Source: Bacteroidota bacterium
GTDB lineage: Bacteria > Bacteroidota > Bacteroidia > AKYH767-A > OLB10
Reading direction: 5' to 3'
NCBI GenBank assembly: GCA_024643795.1
Contig: JAHEMF010000006.1
Coordinates: forward strand, 22,112 to 86,111
Length of the DNA: 64,000 nt
Below are positions 1 to 8,500 of the stretch, one piece after another. A program made the position numbers and the translations under genes. How positions within the stretch are numbered: the first letter of the stretch is position 1; every line of letters starts with the position of its first letter. Below the pieces are notes generated by a model. It did not search any database. It was not told the origin of the DNA and worked only from the letters and a program-made list of their open reading frames with translations.

Positions 1-1961
1 TTAAAAATATTCTTGAACTGCTGGACTCCGATAAGAATTTATCACCGGTGTTGATCAATACAGTTCCTTCAGCATTGAAGGAATTACTGGATGCAGGTGC
101 AAAAATCCCGGACTCGGTAACAACTGTTAATCTGGCAGGCGAACCATTGTCTGAACAATTTGCTGATGAGCTGAATGGCATCAGTCACATCCAAAAAGTT
201 TATGATCTGTATGGTCCCTCAGAAGATACAACGTACTCAACATTCACCCTCAGAAAAGTGGGCGATAGGGCCAATATTGGAAAAGTTCTTCCCAACAGTA
301 AATTATATTTGCTTGATAAGTCTGGCAACCTGGTAGCTCCCGGACTTCCCGGTGAAATTGCATTGGGAGGTGATAAGGTTGCAATGGGATATCTCAACAA
401 AGAACATATTACAAAAGAGAAATTTGTTGAAGACAGGTTTGCCGGAAAGGGCAGAATGTATCTTACCGGTGATCTGGGAAAATTTGACGCTAACGGTAAT
501 CTTATTTACCTGGGACGTAATGATAACCAGGTAAAAGTACGAGGTTACAGAATAGAACTTAGTGAAATAGATCATGTGATCCATGAATTTGCAGGTGTTG
601 CAGATTGTATCAGTAATACATTCCGTTCAAACGAAGGATTCTGGTCAATAGCATCCTACATTGTTTGGGAGAAAGATCAACAGGGCGATAAAAACGCATT
701 GAAAAAATACCTGTCGTCACGACTTCCCGGTTACATGGTACCATCTTACTTTGTAGAACTTGATCAGATCCCGTTAAGTCCAAACGGAAAGGTTGACCGA
801 AAGAAACTGCCTGTGCCTTTGAATGATACACCGCATCTTATTACTACTTATGAAGAGCCTGAAGGTCCATATGAAGAAGCACTGTCAATTATTTTCAGCG
901 ATGTTTTAGGAGTTGAAAAAGTAGGCAGGAATGATAACTTCTTTGATTTGGGTGGTCATTCACTATTGGCGGTGCGTGTGTTCAATGAGATTGAAAAAAG
1001 ACTGGGGATCAAGGCTGCTTTGCCGTTGATATTCTCATCTCCAACCATCTCAAGATTAGCATCTGTTATTTCAGGGTCAGATTCTTCACAGCGATGGTCT
1101 TCTGTTGTGCCGTTTAAGTCGGGAACAGATGAACGGCCCTTGTTCTGCATCCACATGCACAATGGTAATATTCACAGGTGGAAGGTGATTGTAAAGCACA
1201 TGGAAGAATCGTTGCCTGTTTATGCTATTCAGCCTAAAGGGCTTGATCCTAAACAAGAGCCACATCATAGTATAGAAGAGATGGCCGAATATTATGTGGA
1301 ACAAATTCAAAAAGTTCAGCCTCAAGGTCCTTACAGATTAGTGGGATTATGTTTTAGTGGAATGGTAGTATTCGAAATGGCAGTGATACTTCAAAATAAA
1401 GGTGAGCAGGTTGAATTTCTTGCCATGGTAAATAATTACGCTCCCCCTGAAAACCCAACCATGTACAAAATGAAAAGTGAACTGAACAAATTCATGAAAC
1501 TCGAGCTAGGTGAGAAATTTCAATATGCATTGGAAAAAAATGTCAGTCTGGGTAAGAAGCTGTTTGCCCGGTCTGGTAATTTAAGAACAGATGAAGCATT
1601 AAACAAAAATGATTCCATTGGAAACGACCTGAGAACCATCCATTCTCTTGCACTTTTAAATTATCATCCCACACATACTTATGATGGTGATCTTATCATC
1701 ATCAGAACAGATGAGCCGATCGATCCATATTTTAATGACGTTTTGGGGTGGGACAGACTTATAAAAGGTAAGATCACCAGTTATGTTATTGCCGGCTGTG
1801 ATAATGATACCATCATAACTGATGCGCCATATAATATTGAGCTGGCTCAAATTGTGAGAGATCACCTTGCCGGGTCCGGTAAAAGCCAAACAGAGCAAAG
1901 TACAGCTTCCGGCCGCAAAAATAATAACCCCGGAAATACGGTTAATGCTGCCATTCTATGA
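1..1961 (+). CDS. Non-ribosomal peptide synthetase, C-terminal fragment (A domain C-terminal half, PCP, TE). 5'-partial: the frame is open to the window start.
   Basis: A-domain core motifs are present: YDLYGPSEDTTYST (A5), YLTGDLG (A7), GRNDNQVKVRGYRIELSEIDHV (A8) and NGKVDRKKLP (A10). The PCP motif FFDLGGHSLLAVRV is present. The TE region (PLFCIHMHNG... GPYRLVGLCFSG...) follows. No in-frame stop lies upstream of the GTG at 48. Confidence 0.85.
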   Translation, partial: KNILELLDSDKNLSPVLINTVPSALKELLDAGAKIPDSVTTVNLAGEPLSEQFADELNGISHIQKVYDLYGPSEDTTYSTFTLRKVGDRANIGKVLPNSKLYLLDKSGNLVAPGLPGEIALGGDKVAMGYLNKEHITKEKFVEDRFAGKGRMYLTGDLGKFDANGNLIYLGRNDNQVKVRGYRIELSEIDHVIHEFAGVADCISNTFRSNEGFWSIASYIVWEKDQQGDKNALKKYLSSRLPGYMVPSYFVELDQIPLSPNGKVDRKKLPVPLNDTPHLITTYEEPEGPYEEALSIIFSDVLGVEKVGRNDNFFDLGGHSLLAVRVFNEIEKRLGIKAALPLIFSSPTISRLASVISGSDSSQRWSSVVPFKSGTDERPLFCIHMHNGNIHRWKVIVKHMEESLPVYAIQPKGLDPKQEPHHSIEEMAEYYVEQIQKVQPQGPYRLVGLCFSGMVVFEMAVILQNKGEQVEFLAMVNNYAPPENPTMYKMKSELNKFMKLELGEKFQYALEKNVSLGKKLFARSGNLRTDEALNKNDSIGNDLRTIHSLALLNYHPTHTYDGDLIIIRTDEPIDPYFNDVLGWDRLIKGKITSYVIAGCDNDTIITDAPYNIELAQIVRDHLAGSGKSQTEQSTASGRKNNNPGNTVNAAIL

Positions 1962-1989
1962 TAATGTTTTACCTTCGTAGCAGGTAAAT

Positions 1990-2781
1990 ATGAGTTCACA
2001 AAATAAGCTCCCCATGAACCTGCACTTCCATGAGCTGAAAAGTACATCACGGGAATCATCACCCACTCAGGATGGTCCTTCGCCGGGCGAAATACATATA
2101 TGGGCTCATGCTATTACTCATGCCGATCCTTTCATTGGTCATGCCCGATTCGTATTATCGGCCGAGGAACTGGAAAAAGCCTCCAAATACCATTTTGAAA
2201 AGGACAAAAGAGCCTATGAGGCCGGTCATGTATTTATTAGAAGAGTGCTTTCTCGCTATACCCAAATAGACCCCGTATCCCTTGAGATCACTGTAAACGA
2301 TCGTAATAAGCCTCAATTAGCCAATTCGCCGTTTCCGATACATTTTAACATAAGCCATTCTGAGAACCTGATATTGCTTGCCATCAGCTTCGATGGTGAA
2401 GTTGGTGCAGATACAGAATTCATTTTGCCTGACTTCGATACCGACGGATTTGCCGAAGCTAATTATCACCCTAACGAACTTGCTCAATTTCAGGCTGTTT
2501 CCGGAACTGCTCAAACCGACTTATTCTATAAGATATGGACTCTGAAAGAAGCTTTTTTAAAGCTCACAGGTGAAGGGGTGAACGACCACCTGAAGGATCT
2601 GGATTTTTCAGGTAAAAACAGCTCAATAAAACATTCAAAAGGTTCACCAAAAGAACTGAATCTATACTCCTGGAAACGAAAAGACGATTACATTTGCTCC
2701 CTGGCAGCAGATATTGCTCCTGCCAAATTAAAATTTTATGACTCGGCACTTATAGAGCCAATTGTAAATGAAGACTTTTAA
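1990..2781 (+). CDS. Sfp-type 4'-phosphopantetheinyl transferase
   Basis: Carries the FNISHS, GADTEF and WTLKEAFLKLTGEG motifs (the PPTase G/FNxSHS and WxxKEAxxK signatures). Sits immediately downstream of the NRPS. Confidence 0.8.
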   Translation: MSSQNKLPMNLHFHELKSTSRESSPTQDGPSPGEIHIWAHAITHADPFIGHARFVLSAEELEKASKYHFEKDKRAYEAGHVFIRRVLSRYTQIDPVSLEITVNDRNKPQLANSPFPIHFNISHSENLILLAISFDGEVGADTEFILPDFDTDGFAEANYHPNELAQFQAVSGTAQTDLFYKIWTLKEAFLKLTGEGVNDHLKDLDFSGKNSSIKHSKGSPKELNLYSWKRKDDYICSLAADIAPAKLKFYDSALIEPIVNEDF

Positions 2782-2805
2782 TAAAATCAACCCGCCAAAT
2801 ATTTT

Positions 2806-4230
2806 ATGAAGAAAAAGATTTCTGAAGGAACAAAATTCCTTAATGATGTGCATTCAGCTTTTGACAAAGCCGCCAAATTCACTTCACATGACGATGGTCT
2901 GCTGAACCAGTTAAAGATCTGTAACAGTATTTATAAATTTTATTTTCCTGTTGAAATTGAAGGAAAAGTTGAAGTTGTGGAAGGTATCCGCGTTCAGCAT
3001 AGTCAGCACAAAAGTCCCACCAAAGGTGGTATTCGCTACAGCCGCATGGTTGATGAAGAAGAGGTAAAGGCCTTGGCAACACTTATGTCATTTAAGTGTG
3101 CTGTTGTTGATGTGCCTTTTGGAGGTGCTAAAGGTGGTATCAAGATCAGCCCCAGATTACAAAACGATAAAACCCTTGAGAAAGTAACCCGAAGGTTTAC
3201 CACCGAGTTGCTGAAGAAAAATCTTATTGGTCCGGGTTTCGATGTACCTGCTCCTGACTACGGTTCCGGCCCTAAGGAAATGGCATGGATAGCTGATACT
3301 TATGCGACCTTCCGCGGTGATGATATCAATGCATTGGGATGTGTTACCGGTAAACCTCTGGGCCAGGGCGGTATACAAGGTAGGACGGAAGCTACAGGGC
3401 TGGGAGTATATTATGGCGTAAGAGAAGCACTTGAGCAAAAAGATGACATGAAAAAACTCAAACTATCTACCGGAATGAATAACAAAAAGGTTATCGTTCA
3501 AGGGTTAGGTAACGTAGGATATCATTCAGCAAAATTTTGTCAGGAGGGTGGAGCTATCATTGTTGGTATTGCAGAGTGGGATGGTGGTTTATATAATGCT
3601 AAGGGACTTGACATTGAAAAATTGATAAAATTCAAACAAGAAACTGGGTCGATCAAAGGTTTCCCGGGTGGGAAAAATATTGCAAATTCCATGGAAGTTT
3701 TGGAAATGGATTGTGATGTTTTGATCCCTGCTGCTTTGGAGAATCAGATCACAGAAGAAAATGCACCCCGTATCAAGGCAAAGCTGATCGCCGAAGGTGC
3801 TAACGGCCCTGTTACAAAAGAAGCTGAAGAGATACTTGTAAGCAAAGGTGTTCTTATTATTCCTGACCTGTTCCTTAACGCAGGTGGAGTTACAGTTTCT
3901 TATTTCGAGTGGCTGAAAAATTTATCTCACGTACGATTTGGACGAATGGAAAAACGTTTCCAGGAGATACAGGCTACCAATTACATTGCTACTATAGAAA
4001 AAAACACCGGCAAAAAAATAGATGCCAAAGCCAGAAAGATCCTGGTGCACGGTGCCGATGAAAGAGACCTGGTTTATTCAGGACTGGAAGAGACCATGAT
4101 TCATGCTTACAATGAGATCCGTGAAATAATGTTAAGTACAAAAGGTATCACTGATCTTCGTACAGCAGCATTTGTAAGCGGTATTAACAAGCTAGCTGCC
4201 AGTTATAAAACACTGGGTGTGTGGCCTTGA
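2806..4230 (+). CDS. gdhA: Glutamate dehydrogenase (Glu/Leu/Phe/Val dehydrogenase family)
   Basis: Has the VPFGGAKGGIKISP catalytic glycine-rich motif and a Rossmann GLGNVG motif. The 474 aa length fits the family. Confidence 0.85.
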   Translation: MKKKISEGTKFLNDVHSAFDKAAKFTSHDDGLLNQLKICNSIYKFYFPVEIEGKVEVVEGIRVQHSQHKSPTKGGIRYSRMVDEEEVKALATLMSFKCAVVDVPFGGAKGGIKISPRLQNDKTLEKVTRRFTTELLKKNLIGPGFDVPAPDYGSGPKEMAWIADTYATFRGDDINALGCVTGKPLGQGGIQGRTEATGLGVYYGVREALEQKDDMKKLKLSTGMNNKKVIVQGLGNVGYHSAKFCQEGGAIIVGIAEWDGGLYNAKGLDIEKLIKFKQETGSIKGFPGGKNIANSMEVLEMDCDVLIPAALENQITEENAPRIKAKLIAEGANGPVTKEAEEILVSKGVLIIPDLFLNAGGVTVSYFEWLKNLSHVRFGRMEKRFQEIQATNYIATIEKNTGKKIDAKARKILVHGADERDLVYSGLEETMIHAYNEIREIMLSTKGITDLRTAAFVSGINKLAASYKTLGVWP

Positions 4231-4245
4231 TCTGCTACAGAGAAT

Positions 4246-4632
4246 TCAACCGGTTATAACTGCGGTAGCTTCAATTTCTACCAGCAGATCCGGATCAACA
4301 AGCCTGCTGACTTCCACCATGGTTGCGGCAGGCTTGATCTTTTTGAATACCTCGCCATGAGCTTTGCCCACTTCCTGCCATTTACTGATATCACATACAT
4401 ATATCCTGGTCCGAACAACATTGGCCATGGTTGCGCCGGCTTCAATCAGCACAGCTTCTATTATTTCCAGAATATGTTTGCTCTGTTTGTAGTAATCACC
4501 TTTGCCCACAATTTCATTATTCTTCACAGCTGTGGTACCTGATACTTCAATCACGTTGCCCGTTTTTACGGCTCTGGAATATCCAACAATATCTTCCCAC
4601 ATGGCTCCTGAACTGAATAATTGCTTTTTCAT
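4246..4632 (-). CDS. RidA/YjgF/TdcF-family reactive-intermediate deaminase
   Basis: A 128 aa protein with the typical YjgF fold sequence (…GATMANVVRTRIYV…KPAATMVEV). Confidence 0.75.
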   Translation of the reverse strand: MKKQLFSSGAMWEDIVGYSRAVKTGNVIEVSGTTAVKNNEIVGKGDYYKQSKHILEIIEAVLIEAGATMANVVRTRIYVCDISKWQEVGKAHGEVFKKIKPAATMVEVSRLVDPDLLVEIEATAVITG

Positions 4633-4692
4633 AATTAATTTTGATTTTGAATAACAGGGTTAAAGTACTCAACCTGGTTTAATTTGCGATAG

Positions 4693-5385
4693 TTACTTTC
4701 CGGACTCAACCATTGCTTTTCCGTGAACGGGACAAACTCCTTCTTCCACGCTTATTCCCCGGTATATCAACAACAGTGCAAGTAATATCATCAGAATGGG
4801 TGCAGCTTTTGTAAACATATTACGTGCCTTGATACTGGCTACTTTACCGAATACTGCCACAAGCATCATAGCCGGTACTGTTCCTAAGCCGAACATGATC
4901 ATATATAATGCGCCATGCAAAGGCATTTGTGTAATAGCTGCACCTGCCATTGCAAAGTACACAAAACCGCAGGGAAGAATTCCATTGGCCAGTCCGCCAA
5001 CGAATAATGAAGCTTTACTTCTTTTCTTAAGTACATCAGAAAACAACCTCCTCAAAAAAGTATTGAGACGCAAGGTGTATTTGCTTGTTGCCTTTACACC
5101 GGGAAGGTAGTTTACTACAAGTACCGATAGTAAAATAAAGATCCCCACTCCAATTGAAACACTTTTCTGAAAGCCTGCTATGAGGAACATGTGTCCCAGA
5201 AACCCCGCTATGAGCCCCAGTATTGCATAGGTTACTATACGCCCCAGGTTATAAATACCTCTGGAAAAAAGGTAACTGGTTGTTGATGAGCTTGAACCGG
5301 AGAATGCAAGAACTATAGGACCACACATTGCAACGCAATGGAAACTTCCCATAAATCCAATTGCAATTGCTGATAATTCATACAT
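4693..5385 (-). CDS. Polytopic membrane protein with an HCVAMCGP motif (TauE/SafE- or DsbD_2-like), last gene of the cco accessory cluster
   Basis: Multiple TM segments and the N-terminal FHCVAMCGPI motif. This family commonly follows FixH/CcoH in Bacteroidota. Confidence 0.5.
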   Translation of the reverse strand: MYELSAIAIGFMGSFHCVAMCGPIVLAFSGSSSSTTSYLFSRGIYNLGRIVTYAILGLIAGFLGHMFLIAGFQKSVSIGVGIFILLSVLVVNYLPGVKATSKYTLRLNTFLRRLFSDVLKKRSKASLFVGGLANGILPCGFVYFAMAGAAITQMPLHGALYMIMFGLGTVPAMMLVAVFGKVASIKARNMFTKAAPILMILLALLLIYRGISVEEGVCPVHGKAMVESGK

Positions 5386-5389
5386 GTAA

Positions 5390-5836
5390 TTAAGGGATCA
5401 CCAGTTGATTTTCGGAATAAAAATCTTCGCCATTCATACTGTATTCAACCTTCACATTGTAAAGCCCGCTTTTGAATTGACCTGCATCAATTTTCTGAAC
5501 ACCGGATGAATCACTTGCAACTGAAAATTCTTTATCTAGTTCGCTGTCTGAGGGTCTGAAAAAAGTGATGGTTCCTTCAAGGTTGTTGATCGATGGTTTG
5601 TTGGGGTACTCAAATATCACCGTCTGATCCTTTAACTCAATTTTAACGGCTCCATTGTTCTCAGTGGTTCTGTTCATCTTGTCAATGTGGTCCTGGTACT
5701 TCAATTCCTGAGCATAGTAATCATCAGCCACCAGATCTACTTTCTGCTTCATGCTGCCAATAACAAGGATAGCTATAAGGCCCATAAAGCCTGCGTAAAG
5801 TATGATGATCCTGTAGCCCCAATTCATTTTATTCAA
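5390..5836 (-). CDS. ccoH: FixH/CcoH family cbb3 oxidase assembly protein
   Basis: An N-terminal TM anchor followed by a periplasmic domain. Located downstream of ccoG with a 8-nt overlap. Confidence 0.65.
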   Translation of the reverse strand: MNKMNWGYRIIILYAGFMGLIAILVIGSMKQKVDLVADDYYAQELKYQDHIDKMNRTTENNGAVKIELKDQTVIFEYPNKPSINNLEGTITFFRPSDSELDKEFSVASDSSGVQKIDAGQFKSGLYNVKVEYSMNGEDFYSENQLVIP

Positions 5837-7253
5837 ATGCTTTTTTATCTCCTTTGTAAACAGGACCCATAAAGTTGGTATTCACAGTCTCTATTTTCTC
5901 TTCACCTGAATAAACCCCGATCTTGATTTTAGTCTTCCTATCCTGAATAAGTTTGGCATCCAATTTAATAAAAAATTCTCCTTCGGTGATTCCCTCTTTA
6001 GCTGCTTGTATGTTTTCGGTACCAATCAAAACAATGGTGCCTTCTTTCGATTCCAGTTTAAATTGCACCGGAAATGCTTTGGTGGTTTTGTTCACTATCT
6101 TGTAGTTGTACAGGTTGCTGATGGTGCTGTCAGGTTGCTTTTGGTATAACATACCGGGGGTTCTGAGGATGGTGGTCTCCGTGTCAGACCGGAATGCAAG
6201 TCCGAATGATAATCCGGTGAGTAACACTACTAACAAAACAGAGTACCCCATTATACGGGGTGTGAAACGAAGAGGTTTGCTTTTTGCAATCCCATCTTCT
6301 GATGCATAGCGGATCAATCCTTTAGGTAATCCTACCCCATCCATCATATGGTTACACACATCAATACATGCTGTGCAATTTACACACTCCAGCTGAGTAC
6401 CATTTCTGATGTCAATTCCGGTAGGACAAACTTTCACGCACTGATGGCAGTCTATACAGTCTCCGGCCCTTCGTTCTTCATTCTTGTGAAAATGCTGGCG
6501 GGGTTCACCACGAACATAATCATACGCCACTACTATGGAATTCTTGTCTAACAGTACACCTTGTAATCTGCCATACGGACAAACAACCAGACAAACCTGC
6601 TCTCTGAAATGACCAAAAACTCCATAAAAAACTCCTGAAAAAATAATAATTGCCATAAATCCACCCATGTGCATGGCAACAGGTTCAGTGGCTATTTTCT
6701 CAAGCATATCAATGCCGATTATGTAGGCCAGAAAAGTATTGGCTATGATAAAGGAGATGATGTAAAATATAATGTGCTTGCTTCCTTTCTTTATCAATTT
6801 GTCTGTGGTCCACGGAGCCTTTGCCAGTGCTTTTTGTTTACTGGCGTCGCCTTCAATAAAGTATTCGATCTTCCTGAATACCATCTCCATGAAAATGGTC
6901 TGCGGGCAGGTCCATCCACACCAAAGCCTTCCAAATACAGAAGTGAACAAAACAATGAACACAACAAAAGTTAACATGGTAAGTCCAAACAGGAAGAAAT
7001 CCTGCGGCCAGAACACCAGTCCGAAAATGATGAATTTTCGCTCAATAACATTCAATAACAACAAAGGATTGCCATTCACTTCTATGAATGGAATGCCGAA
7101 TAAAAGAACCAGGCAAATAATGCTTACCCACGTCCGTGCATTGTAAAGAGGTCCTTTGGGTTTTTGAGGAAAGATCCAGACCCTCTTACCTTTTTTATCT
7201 ATGGTAGATACAGAATCTCTGAACGATTCAGAGTTAGCTTGATTTGAATCCAT
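5829..7253 (-). CDS. ccoG: Cytochrome c oxidase accessory protein CcoG/FixG (polyferredoxin)
   Basis: Has the CGWTCPQT, CVVCPYG, CIDCHQCVKVCP and CVNCTACIDVC cysteine clusters plus TM helices. Confidence 0.9.
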   Translation of the reverse strand: MDSNQANSESFRDSVSTIDKKGKRVWIFPQKPKGPLYNARTWVSIICLVLLFGIPFIEVNGNPLLLLNVIERKFIIFGLVFWPQDFFLFGLTMLTFVVFIVLFTSVFGRLWCGWTCPQTIFMEMVFRKIEYFIEGDASKQKALAKAPWTTDKLIKKGSKHIIFYIISFIIANTFLAYIIGIDMLEKIATEPVAMHMGGFMAIIIFSGVFYGVFGHFREQVCLVVCPYGRLQGVLLDKNSIVVAYDYVRGEPRQHFHKNEERRAGDCIDCHQCVKVCPTGIDIRNGTQLECVNCTACIDVCNHMMDGVGLPKGLIRYASEDGIAKSKPLRFTPRIMGYSVLLVVLLTGLSFGLAFRSDTETTILRTPGMLYQKQPDSTISNLYNYKIVNKTTKAFPVQFKLESKEGTIVLIGTENIQAAKEGITEGEFFIKLDAKLIQDRKTKIKIGVYSGEEKIETVNTNFMGPVYKGDKKAFE

Positions 7254-7324
7254 GAATATGACTGAAGATCAAAGTTCAGATTTTAAACGTGAACTTCAGT
7301 TTTTAATGTTTTGTGAGTAGTATT

Positions 7325-8344
7325 TTACTCTGATACTGTTTCGGCAGATGGCTCAGCAGATGCAGTTACTGTTGAATCTGCAGGTGCTGTTTCCTGATTC
7401 TCCTGGTAAAGGTCGCCTTGAGGTTCTTTCGGATTAGGTGGATTGGTGCCATGCAGCGTCTTTATGTAACTTGCCACCTCCTGTATTTCTGTCGGCTTAA
7501 GCTGTGTCTGCCATGATATCATTCCCTTTTGAGGTACACCATATTTAATCACTTTAAAAACATCATTGATACTTCCACCATGGATCCAGTAATCATCCGT
7601 CATATTCGGACCTACTCCACCTTCACCCAGTTTGCCATGGCAAACCACACACTTCTCGTCATATATTTTTTTGCCTGAGGCAAGTTCAGCTTCAGCTGTA
7701 GCAAGTGTTACCGTGTTCTCATCTACCTGTGCAGCGGCTGACTTTAAGCGTTCGGCTTTCGCCTGTTCAGCATCGGCCAGCTGCTCTTCATATTCTGCTA
7801 TTTGTAATTTTCCAGACCCTATTACATGATAGTTTAATAAATAAAGCACCGCAAAAACTATGGTCAGATAAAACCCATAGATCCACCAGGGTGGTAAACT
7901 GTTATCTAGTTCTTTAATACCATCATAATCGTGGTCGAGCATGATGTCAGCTTCTTTCTCAATAGGCACTGCATCGGTGAGCTTTCTGTCAAGCCTCTGC
8001 CACCATGGTAATCGCTCTTTACCTGGTTCTTCTGATGTAACAGGCTTCACAACTTTTTTAGGTTTACCTGCTTCACTGTTCACCAGCCCTCTTATAACTT
8101 TTGCCATTACCGCAATGGTCACAAGAAGTATCAGAATAGTAAAGATTATCAGGTAATTGAGCGGATTGAAAAAATTGGCTGATGGTCCTGCCTGTGCTTC
8201 CTGAGCAAATGCACCCGTTGTTACCAACACTCCTGAGACCAGCAGTGCAGTCATATATAGTTTTTTAGAATTGCTGTTAGTTAAGCGTGCCATATGTTCC
8301 ACTGTTTGCTGTTTAGTTTTTAGTTTCAATTGTATCATCCTCAA
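7325..8344 (-). CDS. ccoP: cbb3-type cytochrome c oxidase subunit III-like (CcoP), monoheme. The true start may be the internal Met at 8293 (MARLTN…), which would remove the overlap with ccoQ.
   Basis: Has the MLDHDYDGIKELDNSLPPWW CcoP N-terminal domain and a single CVVCHG haem-c site. Confidence 0.75.
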   Translation of the reverse strand: MRMIQLKLKTKQQTVEHMARLTNSNSKKLYMTALLVSGVLVTTGAFAQEAQAGPSANFFNPLNYLIIFTILILLVTIAVMAKVIRGLVNSEAGKPKKVVKPVTSEEPGKERLPWWQRLDRKLTDAVPIEKEADIMLDHDYDGIKELDNSLPPWWIYGFYLTIVFAVLYLLNYHVIGSGKLQIAEYEEQLADAEQAKAERLKSAAAQVDENTVTLATAEAELASGKKIYDEKCVVCHGKLGEGGVGPNMTDDYWIHGGSINDVFKVIKYGVPQKGMISWQTQLKPTEIQEVASYIKTLHGTNPPNPKEPQGDLYQENQETAPADSTVTASAEPSAETVSE

Positions 8345-8495
8345 GAGGGAGGTTGTTCATGTGGTTCAAATAACTTTTATCCATAAAAGCCACCACAAAC
8401 CCCAGCCCTACAAAAAATGTAAAGAAGATCATGAGTGATATCATCGGAAAAATTCCGATCCCTGATATCGAATCCAGATAATTTATAAATTTCAT
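8313..8495 (-). CDS. ccoQ: CcoQ/FixQ-like small membrane subunit
   Basis: A 60 aa single-TM protein lying between ccoNO and ccoP. Confidence 0.5.
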   Translation of the reverse strand: MKFINYLDSISGIGIFPMISLMIFFTFFVGLGFVVAFMDKSYLNHMNNLPLEDDTIETKN

Positions 8496-8500
8496 AAGGT

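Noticed and set aside
4796-5110. 104-aa plus-strand ORF
   Set aside because: It is antisense to the better-supported TauE/DsbD_2-like membrane protein gene, and its translation is low-complexity.
7325-8344. 32-nt overlap between ccoP and ccoQ
   Set aside because: It is probably a start-codon artefact. An in-frame Met at 8293 (MARLTN…) gives a non-overlapping, signal-anchor-bearing CcoP. It is not evidence of a frameshift.
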